From contig CATOCA020000003.1 of the NCBI GenBank assembly GCA_951406725.2, forward strand, positions 186,001 to 250,000: a DNA stretch of 64,000 nt, in the 5' to 3' direction. The notes under the pieces were generated by a model. That model saw only the letters and a list, made by a program, of their open reading frames with translations, had not been told where the DNA came from and did not search any database. The translations under genes were made by a program, and so were the position numbers. Source of the DNA: Octopus vulgaris. Lineage: Eukaryota. Positions 15,001 through 30,000 of the stretch are shown here, one piece after another (within the stretch, counting starts at the first letter, position 1; each line of letters begins with the position of its first letter).

Positions 15001-18000
15001 ACGCCTTCCGGCACCGGTGGCGGCTACGTCCACGCGTACGGGGGTCGCACCGCGAGCTTAGGTTCGTTCTTTCGATTTCGGGCACGTCTGGGCGGCGGAG
15101 CAACGGGCGACCGTGCTAGCCGCAGTTTGCCATCTTTCGTGTTTTCACGGGACGCACCACGTCGCCGTATCGACGGCGTGCATCTCGTGAACGCCTTCCG
15201 GCATCGGTGGCGGCTACGTCTACGCGTACGTGGGCGAGACCGCACGCTCAAGTTCGTTCTTTCGATTTCGGGCACGCTAGGGCGGCGGAGCAACGGGCGA
15301 CCGTGCTAGCCGCAGTTTGCCATCTTTCGGGTTTTTACGGGACGGACCGCGTCGCCGTATCGACGGCGTGCATCTCGTGAACGCCCTTCCAACATCGGTG
15401 GCGGCTACGTCCACGCGTCCGTGGGCCGTACCGCGAGCGTGGGTTCGTTCTTTCGGTTTCGGGCACGGTAGCGCGGCGGAGGAACGGGCGACCGGCGCGG
15501 GCCTGCCGCTAACGGTCCCGCGGCTCGCGGACGAACGGGAGAAAGGGAGGCGGCGCGAAGGCGGCGGCCGCCCGCCGGGCTGACGGCGTCGCAGGTTGAC
15601 GTCCTGCCGAACGGTCCCCGAGGCATGAAACCTGCCGACTGCAAGCCCTCAAATATAGTCTTGACCCCCTTGGGGTGCGACGGTCACCTAGAGGCATGAC
15701 TATCCAGCCGGGGCCGATCCGTTTGCTTACGGTCCGAGCACCTCCTTAACTCACGGGTCGGACCACGTCGCTCTTTTTACCCGGTGCATATCGCCACGCA
15801 CTCCCGGCGACTGACGGCATCGATCGCGCCTACGTCCACGTGTACGCAGGCGAGAGCGCTAGTTTCGCTCAAGCTCCACTTCGGCCTCGCCGTAGCGCGG
15901 CGGAGGCGCGGGCGGAGGCGGTCGCAGGCCCGCCGCTACCGGCTCCGGCCGCAGTTTGTCACCTTTCGGGAATTTACGAGACGGACCACGTCGCCGTATC
16001 GAACGCCCGTACCTCGCAACATCGGTCGCGGCTAGGTCCACGCGTACGTGGCCGACACCGCCCGCTTAGTTTCGTGCTTTCGATTCCACGCTCGGTTCGG
16101 CGGCGGAGACGCGGGCGACCGGCGCAGGCCTTGCGCAGGCCTGCCGCTACCTCGCGCTAGCCGCAGTTTGTCATCTTTCGGGATTTTACGGGACGGACCG
16201 CGTCGCCGTATCGAGCGCGTGCATCTCGTGAACGCCTTCCGGCATCGCTGGCGGCTACGTCCACGCGTACGTGGGCCATGACGCGAGCTTGGGTTCGTTC
16301 TTTCGATTTCGGGCACGGTAGCGTGGCGGAGCAACGGGCGACAGGCGCAGGCCTGCCGCTAACGGCCCCGCGGGGCGTGGAGGAACGGGAGAAAGCGAGG
16401 CGGCGCGAAGGCGGCGGCGGCCCGCCGGGCTGACTGCGTCGTAGGCTGACGTCTCTGGCGGCCTGCCGAACGGTCCCGGAGACCTCCACCTGCCGACTGC
16501 AAGCCCTCACTATAGTCTTGACCCCCTCGGGGTGCGACGGTCACCTAGAGGCGTGAATATCCAGCCGGGGCCGATCCGTTTGCTTACGGTGCGAGCACCT
16601 CCAACTCACGGGTCGGACCACGTCGCTGTTTTTGCCCGGTGCATATCGCCACGCATTCCCGGCGACTGACGGCATAGATCGCGCCTACGTCCACGTGTAC
16701 GCGGGCGAGAGCGCGAGTTTCGCTCAAGTTCCAATCGAGCCTCGCGGTAGCGCGGCGGAGCTGCGGGCGAAGGCGGTAGAAGGCGGGCGAATGCCCGCCG
16801 CAATCGGCCGTTGCCTGCACCGGCCGCACTTTGTCATCTTTCGGGAATTTACGGGACGGACCGCGTCACCGCATCGAACGCCCGCACGTCGCGACATCGG
16901 TCGCGGCTACGTCCACGCGTACGCGGGCTAGACCGCACGCTCAAGTTCGTGCTTTCGATTTCACGCACGGTAGGGCGGCGGAGACGCGGGCGACCGGCGC
17001 ACGCCTTCCGCCGCTACCTCGTGCTAGCCGCAGTTTGTCATCTTTCGGGATTTTACGGGACGGACCACGTACTCCTATCGAGCGCCGGTATCTCGTGAAC
17101 GCCTTCCGGCACCGGTGGCGGCTACGTCCACGCGTACGGGGTCGCACCGCGAGCTTAGGTTCGTTCTTTCGATTTCGGGCACGTCTGGGCGGCGGAGCAA
17201 CGGGCGACCGTGCTAGCCGCAGTTTGCCATCTTTCGGGTTTTTACGGGACGGACCGCGTCGCCGTATCGACGGCGTGCATCTCGTGAACGCCCTTCCAAC
17301 ATCGGTGGCGGCTACGTCCACGCGTACGGGGGTCGCACCGCGAGCTTAGGTTCGTTCTTTCGATTTCGGGCACGTCTGGGCGGCGGAGCAACGGGCGACC
17401 GTGCTAGCCGCAGTTTGCCATCTTTCGGGTTTTTACGGGACGGACCGCGTCGCCGTATCGACGGCGTGCATCTCATGAACGCCCTTCCAACATCGGTGGC
17501 GGCTACGTCCACGCGTACGGGGGTCGCACCGCGAGCTTAGGTTCGTTCTTTCGATTTCGGGCACGTCTGGGCGGCGGAGCAACGGGCGACCGTGCTAGCC
17601 GCAGTTTGCCATCTTTCGTGTTTTCACGGGACGCACCACGTCGCCGTATCGACGGCGTGCATCTCGTGAACGCCTTCCGGCACCGGTGGCGGCTACGTCC
17701 ACGCGTACGGGGGTCGCACCGCGAGCTTAGCTTCGTTCTTTCGATTTCGGGCACGTCAGGGCGGCGGAGCAACGGGCGACCGTGCTTGCCGCAGATTGGT
17801 ATCTTTCGGGTTTTTACGGGACGGACCGCGTCGCCGTATCGAGGGCGTGCATCTCGTGAACGCCTTCCGGCATCGGTGTCGGCTACGTCCACGCGTACTG
17901 GGGTCGCACCGCGAGCTTAGGTTCGTTCTTTCGATTTCGGGCACGTTAGGGCGGCGGAGCAACGGGCGACCGTGCTTGCCGCAGATTGCCATCTTTCGGG

Positions 18001-21000
18001 TTTTTACGGGACGGACCGCGTCGCCGTATCGAGGGCGTGAATCTCGTGAACTCCTTCCGGCATCGGTGGCGGCTACGTCCACGCGTCCGTGGGCCGTACC
18101 GCGAGCGTGGGTTCGTTCTTTCGGTTTCGGGCACGGTCGCGCGGCATAGGAACGGGCGACCGGCGCGGGCCTGCCGCTAACGTCCCCGCGGCTCGCGGAC
18201 GAACGGAAGAAAGCGAGGCGGCGCGAAGGCTGCGGCCACCCGCCGGGCTGACGGCGTCGCAGGCTGACGTCTCTGGCGTCCTGCCGAACGGTCCCCGAGG
18301 CATGAAACCTGCCGACTGCAAGCCCTCAATATAGTCTTGACCCCCTTGGGGTGCGACGGTCACCTAGAGGCGTGACTATCCAGCCGGGGCCGATCCGTTT
18401 GCTTACGGTCCGAGCACCTCCGTAACTCACGGGTCGGACCACGTCGCTGTTTTTACCCGGTGCATATCGCCACGCACTCCCGGCGACTGACGGCATCGAT
18501 CGCGCCTACGTCCACGGGTACGCGGGCGAGAGCGCGAGTTTCGCTCAAATACCAATCGAGCCTCGCGGTAGCGCGGCGGAGCAGTGGGCGAAGGCGGTAG
18601 AAAGCGGGCGAATGCCCGCCGCAATCGGCCGTTACCTGCACTGGCCTCACTTTGTCATCTTTCGGGAATTTACGGGACGGACCGCGTCGCCGCATCGAAC
18701 GCCCGCACGTCGCGACATCGGTCGCGGCTACGTCCACGCGTACGCGGGCGAGACCGCACGCTCAAGTTCGTGCTTTCGATTTCACGCACGGTAGGGCGGC
18801 GGAGACGCGGGCGACCGGCGCACGCCTTCCGCCGCTACCTCGTGCTAGCCGCAGTTTGTCATCTTTCGGGATTTTACGGGACGGACCACGTACTCCTATC
18901 GAGCGCCGGTATCTCGTGAACGCCTTCCGGCACCGGTGGCGGCTACGTCCACGCGTACGGGGGTCGAACCGCGAGCTTAGGTTCGTTCTTTCGATTTCGG
19001 GCACGTCAGGGCGGCGGAGCAACGGGCGACCGTGCTAGCCGCAGTTTGCCATCTTTCGTGTTTTTACGGGACGCACCACGTCGCCGTATCGACGGCGTGC
19101 ATCTCGTGAACGCCTTCCGGCATCGGTGGCGGCTACGTCCACGCGTACGGGGTCGCACCGCGAGCTTAGCTTCGTTCTTTCGATTTCGGGCACGTCAGGG
19201 CGGCGGAGCAACGGGCGACCGTGCTTGCCGCAGATTGCTATCTTTCGGGTTTTTACGGGACGGACCGCGTCGCCGTATCGAGGGCGTGAATCTCGTGAAC
19301 GCCTTCCGGCATCGGTGGCGGCTACGTCCACGCGTCCGTGGGCCGTACCGCGAGCGTGGGTTCGTTCTTTCGGTTTCGGGCACGGTCGCGCGGCGGAGGA
19401 ACGGGCGACCGGCGCGGGCCTGCCGCTAACAGCCCCGCGGCTCGCGGACGAACGGGAGAAAGCGAGGTGGCGCGAAGGCGGCGGCCCCCCGCCGGGCTGA
19501 CGGCGTCGCAGGCTGACGTCTCTGGCGTCCTGCCGAACGGTCCCCGAGGCATGAAACCTGCCGACTGCAAGCCCTCAATATAGTCTTGACCCCCTTGGGG
19601 TGCGACGGTCACCTAGAGGCGTGACTATCCATCCGGGGCCGATCCGTTTGCTTACGGTCCGAGCACCTCCGTAACTCACGGGTCGGACCACGTCGCTGTT
19701 TTTGCCCGGTGCATATCGCCACGCACTCCCGGCGACTGACGGCATCGATCGCGCCTACGTCCACGTGTACGCGGGCGAGAGCGCGAGTTTCGCTCAAGTT
19801 CCAATCGAGCCTCGCGGTAGCGCGGCGGAGCAGGTGGCGACGGCGGTAGAAGGCGGCGAATGCCCGCCGCAATCGGCCGTTGCCTGCACCGGCCGCACTT
19901 TGTCATCTTTCGGGAATTTACGGGACGGACCGCGTCGCCGCATCGAACGCCCGCACGTCGCGACATCGGTCGCGGCTACGTCCACGCGTACGCGGGCGAG
20001 ACCGCACGCTCAAGTTCGTGCTTTCGATTTCACGCACGGTAGGGCGGCGGAGACGCGGGCGACCGGCGCACGCCTTCCGCCGCTACCTCGTGCTAGCCGC
20101 AGTTTGTCATCTTTCGGGATTTTACGGGACGGACCACGTACTCCTATCGAGCGCCGGTATCTCGTGAACGCCTTCCAGCACCGGTGGCGGCTACGTCCAC
20201 GCGTACGGGGGTCGAACTGCGAGCTTAGGTTCGTTCTTTCGATTTCGGTCACGTCAGGGCGGCGGAGCAACGGGCGACCGTGCTTGCCGCAGATTGCCAT
20301 CTTTCGGGTTTTTACGGGACGGACCGCGTCGCCGTATCGAGGGCGTGCATCTCGTGAACGCCTTCCGGCATCGGTGGCGGCTACGTCCACGCGTACGTGG
20401 GCGAGACCGCACGCTCAAGTTCGTTCTTTCGATTTCGGGCACGCTAGGGCGGCGGAGCAACGGGCGACCGTGCTAGCCGCAGTTTGCCATCTTTCGGGTT
20501 TTTACGGGACGGACCGCGTCGTCGTATCGACGGCGTGCATCTCGTGAACGCCCTTCCAACATCGGTGGCGGCTACGTCCACGCGTCCTTGGGCCGTACCG
20601 CGAGCGTGGGTTCGTTCTTTCGGTTTCGGGCACGGTAGCGCGGCGGAGGAACGGGCGACCGGCGCGGGCCTGCCGCTAACGGCCCCGCGGCTCGCGGACG
20701 AACGGGAGAACGCGAGGCGGCGCGAAGGCGGCGGCCGCCCGCCGGGCTAACGGCGTCGCAGGTTGACGTCCTGCCGAACGGTCCCCGAGGCATGAAACCT
20801 GCCGACTGCAAGCCCTCAAATATAGTCTTGACCCCCTTGGGGTGCGACGGTCACCTAGAGGCATGACTATCCAGCCGGGGCCGATCCGTTTGCTTACGGT
20901 CCGAGCACCTCCTTAACTCACGGGTCGGACCACGTCGCTGTTTTTACCCGGTGCATATCGCCACGCACTCCCGGCGACTGACGGCATCGATCGCGCCTAC

Positions 21001-24000
21001 GTCCACGTGTACGCGGGCGAGAGCGCCAGTTTCGCTCAAGCTCCACTTCGGCCTCGCCGTAGCGCGCGGGAGGCGCGCGGGCGGAGGCGGGCGCAGGCCC
21101 GCCGCTACCGGCTCCGGCCGCAGTTTGTCACCTTTCGGGAATTTACGAGACGGACCACGTCGCCGTATCGAACGCCCGTACCTCGCAACATCGGTCGCGG
21201 CTAGGTCCACGCGTACGTGGCCGACACCGCCCGCTTAGTTTCGTGCTTTCGATTCCAGGCACGGTTCGGCGGCGGAGACGCGGGCGACCGGCGCAGGCCT
21301 TGCGCAGGCCTGCCGCTACATCGCGCTAGCCGCAGTTTGTCATCTTTCGGGATTTTACGGGACGGACCGCGTCGCCGTATCGAGCGCGTGCATCTCGTGA
21401 ACGCCTTCCGGCATCGCTGGCGGCTACGTCCACGCGTACGTGGGCCATGACGCGAGCTTGGGTTCGTTCTTTCGATTTCGGGCACGGTAGCGTGGCGGAG
21501 CAACGGGCGACAGGCGCAGGCCTGCCGCTAACGGCCCCGCGGGGCGTGGAGGAACGGGAGAAAGCGAGGCGGCGCGAAGGCGGCGGCGGCCCGCCGGGCT
21601 GACTGCGTCGTAGGCTGACGTCTCTGGCGGCCTGCCGAACGGTCCCGGAGACCTCCACCTGCCGACTGCAAGCCCTCACCATAGTCTTGACCCCCTCGGG
21701 GTGCGACGGTCACCTAGAGGCGTGACTATCCAACCGGGGCCGATCCGTTTGCTTACGGTCCGAGCACCTCCGTAACTCACGGGTCGGACCACGTCGCTGT
21801 TTTTGCCGGTGCATATCGCCACGCACTCCCGGCGACTGACGGCATCGATCGCGCCTACGTCCACGTGTACGCGGGCGAGAGCGCGAGTTTCGCTCAAGTT
21901 TCAATCGAGCCTCGCGGTAGCGCGGCGGAGCTGGGGGCGAAGACGGTAGAAGGCGGGCGAATGCCCGCCGCAATCGGCCGTTGCCTGCACCGGCCGCACT
22001 TTGTCATCTTTCGGGAATTTACGGGACGGACCGCGTCGCCGCATCGAACGCCCGCACGTCGCGACATCGGTCGCGGCTACGTCCACGCGTACGCGGGCAA
22101 GACCGCACGCTCAAGTTCGTGCTTTCGATTTCACGCACGGTAGGGCGGCGGAGACGCGGGCGACCGGCGCATGCCTTCCGCCGCTACCTCGTGCTAGCCG
22201 CAGTTTGTCATCTTTCGGGATTTTACGGGACGGACCACGTACTCCTATCGAGCGCCGGTATCTCGTGAACGCCTTCCGGCACCGGTGGCGGCTACGTCCA
22301 CGCGTACGGGGTCGTACCGCGAGCTTAGGTTCGTTCTTTCGATTTCGGGCACGTCAGGGCGGCGGAGCAACGGGCGACCGTACTAGCCGCAGTTTGCCAT
22401 CTTTCGTGTTTTTACGGGACGCACCACGTCGCCGTATCGACGGCGTGCATCTCGTGAACGCCTTCCGGCATCGGTGGCGGCTACGTCCACGCGTACGGGG
22501 GTCGCACCGCAGCTTAGTTCGTTCTTTCGATTTCGGGCACGTCAGGGCGGCGGAGCAACGGGCGACCGTGCTTGCCGCAGATTGCCATCTTTCGGGTTTT
22601 ACGGGACGGACCGCGTCGCCGTATCGAGGGCGTGCATCTCGTGAACTCCTTCCGGCATCGGTGGCGGCTACGTCCACGCGTCCGTGGGCCGTACCGCGAG
22701 CGTGGGTTCGTTCTTTCGGTTTCGGGCACGGTCGCGCGGCGGAGGAACGGGCGACCGGCGCGGGCCTGCCGCTAACGTCCCCGCGGCTCGCGGACGAACG
22801 GAAGAAAGCGAGGCGGCGGCCACCCGGCGGGCTGACGGCGTCGCAGGCTGACGTCTCTGGCGTCCTGCCGAACGGTCCCCGAGGCATGAAACCTGCCGAC
22901 TGCAAGCCCTCAATATAGTCTTGACCCCCTTGGGGTTCGACGGTCACCTAGAGGCGTGACTATCCAGCCGGGGCCGATCCGTTTGCTTACGGTCCGAGCA
23001 CCTCCGTAACTCACGGGTCGGACCACGTCGCTGTTTTGACCCGGTGCATATCGCCACGCACTCCCGGCGACTGACGGCATCGATCGCGCCTACGTCCACG
23101 GGTACGCGGGCGAGAGCGCGAGTTTCGCTCAAGGCGAAATCGAGCCTCGCGGTAGCGCGGCGGAGCTGCGGGCGAAGGCGGTAGAAAGCGGGCGAATGCC
23201 CGCCGCAATCGGCCGTTGCCTGCACCGGCCTCACTTTGTCATCTTTCGGGAATTTACGGGACGGACCGCGTCGCCGCATCGAACGCCCGCACGTCGCGAC
23301 ATCGGTCGCGGCTACGTCCACGCGTACGCGGGCGAGACCGCACGCTCAAGTTCGTGCTTTCGATTTCACGCACGGTAGGGCGGCGGAGACGCGGGCGACC
23401 GGCGCACGCCTTCCGCCGATACCTCGTGCTAGCCGCAGTTTGTCATCTTTCGGGATTTTACGGGACGGACCACGTACTCCTATCGAGCGCCGGTATCTCG
23501 TGAACGCTTTCCGGCACCGGTGGCGGCTACGTCCACGCGTACGGGGGTCGAACCGCGAGCTTAGGTTCGTTCTTTCGATTTTGGGCACGTCAGGGCGGCG
23601 GAGCAACGGGCGACCGTGCTAGCCGCAGTTTGCCATCTTTCGTGTTTTTACGGGACGCACCTAGTCGCCGTATCGACGGCGTGCATCTCGTGAACGCCTT
23701 CCGGCATCGGTCGAGGCTACGTCCACGCGTACGGGGGTCGCACCGCGAGCGTAGCTTCGTTCTTTCGATTTCGGGCACGTCAGGGCGGCGGAGCAACGGG
23801 CGACCGTGCTTGCCGCAGTTTGCCATCTTTCGGGTTTTTACGGGACGGACCGCGTCGCCGTATCGAGGGCGTGCATCTCGTGAACGCCTTCCGGCATCGG
23901 TGGCGGCTACGTCCACGCGTCCGTGGGCCGTACCGCGAGCGTGGGTTCGTTCTTTCGGTTTCGGGCACGGTCGCGTGGCGGAGGAACGGGCGACCGGCGC

Positions 24001-27000
24001 GGGCCTGCCGCTAACGTCCCCGCGGCTCGCGGACGAACGGGAGAAAGCGATGCGGCGCGAAGGCGGCGGCCACCCGCCGGGCTCGCCGTATCGAGGGCGT
24101 GCATCTCGTGAACGCCTTCCGGCATCGGTGGCGGCTACGTCCACGCGTCCGTGGGCCGTACCGCGAGCGTGGGTTCGTTCTTTCGGTTTCGGGCACGGTC
24201 GCGCGGCGGAGGAACGGGCGACCGGCGCGGGCCTGCCGCTAACGTCCCCGCGGCTCGCGGACGAACGGGAGAAAGCGAGGCGGCGCGAAGGCGGCGGCCA
24301 CCCGCCGGGCTGACGGCGTCGCAGGCTGACGTCTCTGGCGTCCTGCCGAACGGTCCCCGAGGCATGAAACCTGCCGACTGCAAGCCCTCAATATAGTCTT
24401 GACCCCCTTGGGTCACCTAGAGGCGACGGTCACCTAGAGGCGTGACTATCCGGCCGAGGCCGATCCGTTTGCTTACGGTCCGAGCACCTCCTTGACTCAC
24501 GGGTCGGACCACGTCGCTGTTTTTACCCGGTGCATATCGCCACGCACTCCCGGCGACTGACGGCATCGATCGCGCCTACGTCCACGTGTACGCGGGCGAG
24601 AGCGCCAGTTTCGCTCAAGCTCCACTTCGCCGCCGCGGCGCGCGGCGGAGCGCGGGCGGAGGCGCGGGCGGAGGCGCGGGCGGAGGCGCGGGCGGAGGCG
24701 CGGGCGGAGGCGGTCGCAGGCCCGCCGCTACCGGCTCCGGCCGCAGTTTGTCACCTTTCGGGAATTTACGAGACGGACCACGTCGCCGTATCGAACGCCC
24801 GTACCTCGCAACATCGGTCGCGGCTAGGTCCACGCGTACGTGGCCGACACCGCCCGCTTAGTTTCGTGCTTTCGATTCCAGGCACGGTTCGGCGGCGGAG
24901 ACGCGGGCGACCGGCGCAGGCCTTGCGCAGGCCTGCCGCTACATCGCGCTAGCCGCAGTTTGTCATCTTTCGGGATTTTACGGGACGGACCGCGTCGCCG
25001 TATCGAGCGCGTGCATCTCGTGAACGCCTTCCGGCATCGCTGGCGGCTACGTCCACGCGTACGTGGGCCATGACGCGAGCTTGGGTTCGTTCTTTCGATT
25101 TCGGGCACGGTAGCGTGGCGGAGCAACGGGCGACAGGCGCAGGCCTGCCGCTAACGGCCCCGCGGGGCGTGGAGGAACGGGAGAAAGCGAGGCGGCGCGA
25201 AGGCGGCGGCGGCCCGCCGGGCTGACTGCGTCGTAGGCTGACGTCTCTGGCGGCCTGCCGAACGGTCCCGGAGACCTCCACCTGCCGACTGCAAGCCCTC
25301 ACCATAGTCTTGACCCCCTCGGGGTGCGACGGTCACCTAGAGGCGTGACTATCCAACCGGGGCCGATCCGTTTGCTTACGGTCCGAGCACCTCCGTAACT
25401 CACGGGTCGGACCACGTCGCTGTTTTTGGCCGGTGCATATCGCCACGCACTCCCGGCGACTGACGGCATCGATCGCGCCTACGTCCACGTGTACGCGGGC
25501 GAGAGCGCGAGTTTCGCTCAAGTTTCAATCGAGCCTCGCGGTAGCGCGGCGGAGCTGGGGGCGAAGACGGTAGAAGGCGGGCGAATGCCCGCCGCAATCG
25601 GCCGTTGCCTGCACCGGCCGCACTTTGTCATCTTTCGGGAATTTACGGGACGGACCGCGTCGCCGCATCGAACGCCCGCACGTCGCGACATCGGTCGCGG
25701 CTACGTCCACGCGTACGCGGGCAAGACCGCACGCTCAAGTTCGTGCTTTCGATTTCACGCACGGTAGGGCGGCGGAGACGCGGGCGACCGGCGCATGCCT
25801 TCCGCCGCTACCTCGTGCTAGCCGCAGTTTGTCATCTTTCGGGATTTTACGGGACGGACCACGTACTCCTATCGAGCGCCGGTATCTCGTGAACGCCTTC
25901 CGGCACCGGTGGCGGCTACGTCCACGCGTACGGGGGTCGTACCGCGAGCTTAGGTTCGTTCTTTCGATTTCGGTCACGTCAGGGCGGCGGAGCAACGGGC
26001 GACCGTACTAGCCGCAGTTTGCCATCTTTCGTGTTTTTACGGGACGCACCACGTCGCCGTATCGACGGCGTGCATCTCGTGAACGCCTTCCGGCATCGGT
26101 GGCGGCTACGTCCACGCGTACGGGGGTCGCACCGCGAGCTTAGGTTCGTTCTTTCGATTTCGGGCACGTCAGGGCGGCGGAGCAACGGGCGACCGTGCTT
26201 GCCGCAGATTGCCATCTTTCGGGTTTTTCCGGGACGGACCGCGTCGCCGTATCGAGGGCGTGCATCTCGTGAACTCCTTCCGGCATCGGTGGCGGCTACG
26301 TCCACGCGTCCGTGGGCCGTACCGCGAGCGTGGGTTCGTTCTTTCGGTTTCGGGCACGGTCGCGCGGCGGAGGAACGGGCGACCGGCGCGGGCCTGCCGC
26401 TAACGTCCACGCGGCTCGCGGACGAACGGAAGAAAGCGAGGCGGCGCGAAGGCGGCGGCCACCCGCCGGGCTGACGGCGTCGCAGGCTGACGTCTCTGGC
26501 GTCCTGCCGAACGGTCCCCGAGGCATGAAACCTGCCGACTGCAAGCCCTCAATATAGTCTTGACCCCCTTGGGGTGCGACGGTCACCTAGAGGCGTGACT
26601 ATCCAGCCGGGGCCGATCCGTTTGCTTACGGTCCGAGCACCTCCGTAACTCACGGGTCGGACCACGTCGCTGTTTTTGACCCGGTGCATATCGCCACGCA
26701 CTCCCGGCGACTGACGGCATCGATCGCGCCTACGTCCACGGGTACGCGGGCGAGAGCGCGAGTTTCGCTCAAGGCGAAATCGAGCCTCGCGGTAGCGCGG
26801 CGGAGCTGCGGGCGAAGGCGGTAGAAAGCGGGCGAATGCCCGCCGCAATCGGCCGTTGCCTGCACCGGCCTCACTTTGTCATCTTTCGGGAATTTACGGG
26901 ACGGACCGCGTCGCCGCATCGAACGCCCGCACGTCGCGACATCGGTCGCGGCTACGTCCACGCGTACGCGGGCGAGACCGCACGCTCAAGTTCGTGCTTT

Positions 27001-30000
27001 CGATTTCACGCACGGTAGGGCGGCGGAGACGCGGGCGACCGGCGCACGCCTTCCGCCGCTACCTCGTGCTAGCCGCAGTTTGTCATCTTTCGGGATTTTA
27101 CGGGACGGACCACGTACTCCTATCGAGCGCCGGTATCTCGTGAACGCCTTCCGGCACCGGTGGCGGCTACGTCCACGCGTACGGGGGTCGAACCGCGAGC
27201 TTAGGTTCGTTCTTTCGATTTCGGGCACGTCAGGGCGGCGGAGCAACGGGCGACCGTGCTAGCCGCAGTTTGCCATCTTTCGTGTTTTTACGGGACGCAC
27301 CTAGTCGCCGTATCGACGGCGTGCATCTCGTGAACGCCTTCCGGCATCGGTCGAGGCTACGTCCACGCGTACGGGGGTCGCACCGCGAGCTTAGCTTCGT
27401 TCTTTCGATTTCGGGCACGTCAGGGCGGCGGAGCAACGGGCGACCGTGCTTGCCGCAGATTGCCATCTTTCGGGTTTTTACGGGACGGACCGCGTCGCCG
27501 TATCGAGGGCGTGCATCTCGTGAACGCCTTCCGGCATCGGTGGCGGCTACGTCCACGCGTCCGTGGGCCGTACCGCGAGCGTGGGTTCGTTCTGTCGGTT
27601 TCGGGCACGGTCGCGTGGCGGAGGAACGGGCGACCGGCGCGGGCCTGCCGCTAACGTCCCCGCGGCTCGCGGACGAACGGGAGAAAGCGATGCGGTGCGA
27701 AGGCGGCGGCCACCCGCCGGGCTCGCCGTATCGAGGGCGTGCATCTCGTGAACGCCTTCCGGCATCGGTGGCGGCTACGTCCACGCGTCCGTGGGCCGTA
27801 CCGCGAGCGTGGGTTCGTTCTTTCGGTTTCGGGCACGGTCGCGCGGCGGAGGAACGGGCGACCGGCGCGGGCCTGCCGCTAACGGCCCCGCGGCTCGCGG
27901 ACGAACGGGAGAAAGCGAGGCGGCGCGAAGGCGGCGGCCACCCGCCGGGCTGACGGCGTCGCAGGCTGACGTCTCAGGCGGCCTGCCGAACGGTCCCGGA
28001 GACCTCCACCTGCCGACTGCAAGCCCTCACTATAGTCTTGACCCCCTCGGGGTGCGACGGTCACCTAGAGGCGTGACTATCCAGCCGGGGCCGATCCGTT
28101 TGCTTACGGTCCGAGCACCTCCTTAACTCACGGGTCGGACCACGTCGCTGTTTTTACCCGGTGCATATCGCCACGCACTCCCGGCGACTGACGGCATCGA
28201 TCGCGCCTACGTCCACGTGTACGCGGGCGAGAGCGCGAGTTTCGCTCAAGTTTCAATCGAGCCTCGCGGTAGCGCGGCGGAGCAGGGGGCGACGGCGGTA
28301 GAAGGCGGCGAATGCCCGCCGCAATCGGCCGTTGCCTGCACCGGCCGCACTTTGTCATCTTTCGGGAATTTACGGGACGGACCGCGTCGCCGCATCGAAC
28401 GCCCGCACGTCGCGACATCGGTCGCGGCTACGTCCACGCGTACGCGGGCGAGACCGCACGCTCAAGTTCGTGCTTTCGATTTCACGCACGGTAGGGCGGC
28501 GGAGACGCGGGCGACCGGCGCACGCCTTCCGCCGCTACCTCGTGCTAGCCGCAGTTTGTCATCTTTCGGGATTTTACGGGACGGACCACGTACTCCTATC
28601 GAGCGCCGGTATCTCGTGAACGCCTTCCGGCACCGGTGGCGGCTACGTCCACGCGTACGGGGGTCGAACCGCGAGCTTAGGTTCGTTCTTTCGATTTCGG
28701 CACGTCAGGGCGGCGGAGCAACGGGCGACCGTGCTGCCGCAGTTTGCCATCTTTCGTGTTTTTACGGGACGACCGCGTCGCCGTATCGACGGCGTGCATC
28801 TCGTGAACGCCTTCCGGCATCGGTGGCGGCTACGTCCACGCGTCCGTGGGCCGTACCGCGAGCGTGGGTTCGTTCTTTCGGTTTCGGGCACGGTCGCGCG
28901 GCGGAGGAACGGGCGACCGGCGCGGGCCTGCCGCTAACGTCCCCGCGGCTCGCGGACGAACGGGAGAAAGCGAGGCGGCGCGAAGGCGGCGGCCCCCGCC
29001 GGGCTGACGGCGTCGCAGGCTGACGTCTCTGGCGTCCTGCCGAACGGTCCCCGAGGCATGAAACCTGCCGACTGCAAGCCCTCAATATAGTCTTGACCCC
29101 CTTGGGGTGCGACGGTCACCTAGAGGCGTGACTATCCAGCCGGGGCCGATCCGTTTGCTTACGGTCCGAGCACCTCCGTAACTCACGGGTCGGACCACGT
29201 CGCTGTTTTTGCCCGGTGCATATCGCCACGCACTCCCGGCGACTGACGGCATCGATCGCGCCTACGTCCACGTGTACGCGGGCGAGAGCGCGAGTTTCGC
29301 TCAAGTTACATTTCGGCCTCGCGGTAGCGCGGCGGAGCTGTGGGCGACGGCGGTAGAAGGCGGGCGAATGCCCGCCGCAATCGGCCGTTGCCTGCACCGG
29401 CCTCACTTTGTCATCTTTCGGGAATTTACGGGACGGACCGCGTCGCCGCATCGAACGCCCGCACGTCGCGACATCGGTCGCGGCTACGTCCACGTACGCG
29501 GGCGAGACCGCACGCTCAAGTTCGTGCTTTCGATTTCACGCACGGTAGGGCGGCGGAGACGCGGGCGACCGGCGCACGCCTTCCGCCGCTACCTCGTGCT
29601 AGCCGCAGTTTGTCATCTTTCGGGATTTTACGGGACGGACCACGTACTCCTATCGAGCGCCGGTATCTCGTGAACGCCTTCCGGCACCGGTGGCGGCTAC
29701 GTCCACGCGTACGGGGTCGCACCGCGAGCTTAGGTTCGTTCTTTCGATTTCGGGCACGTCAGGGCGGCGGAGCAACGGGCGACCGTGCTAGTCGCAGTTT
29801 GCCATCTTTCGTGTTTTCACGGGACGCACCACGTCGCCGTATCGACGGCGTGCATCTCGTGAACGCCTTCCGGCATCGGTGGCGGCTACGTCCACGCGTA
29901 CGTGGGCGAGACCGCAAGCTCAAGTTCGTTCTTTCGATTTCGGGCACGCTAGGGCGGCGGAGCAACGGGCGACCGTGCTAGCCGCAGTTTGCCATCTTTC

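Noticed and set aside
24650-24712. (gcgggcggaggc)n as a functional G-quadruplex or coding repeat
   Set aside because: Copy number varies from 1 to 5 between units, consistent with simple slippage; no independent evidence of function.
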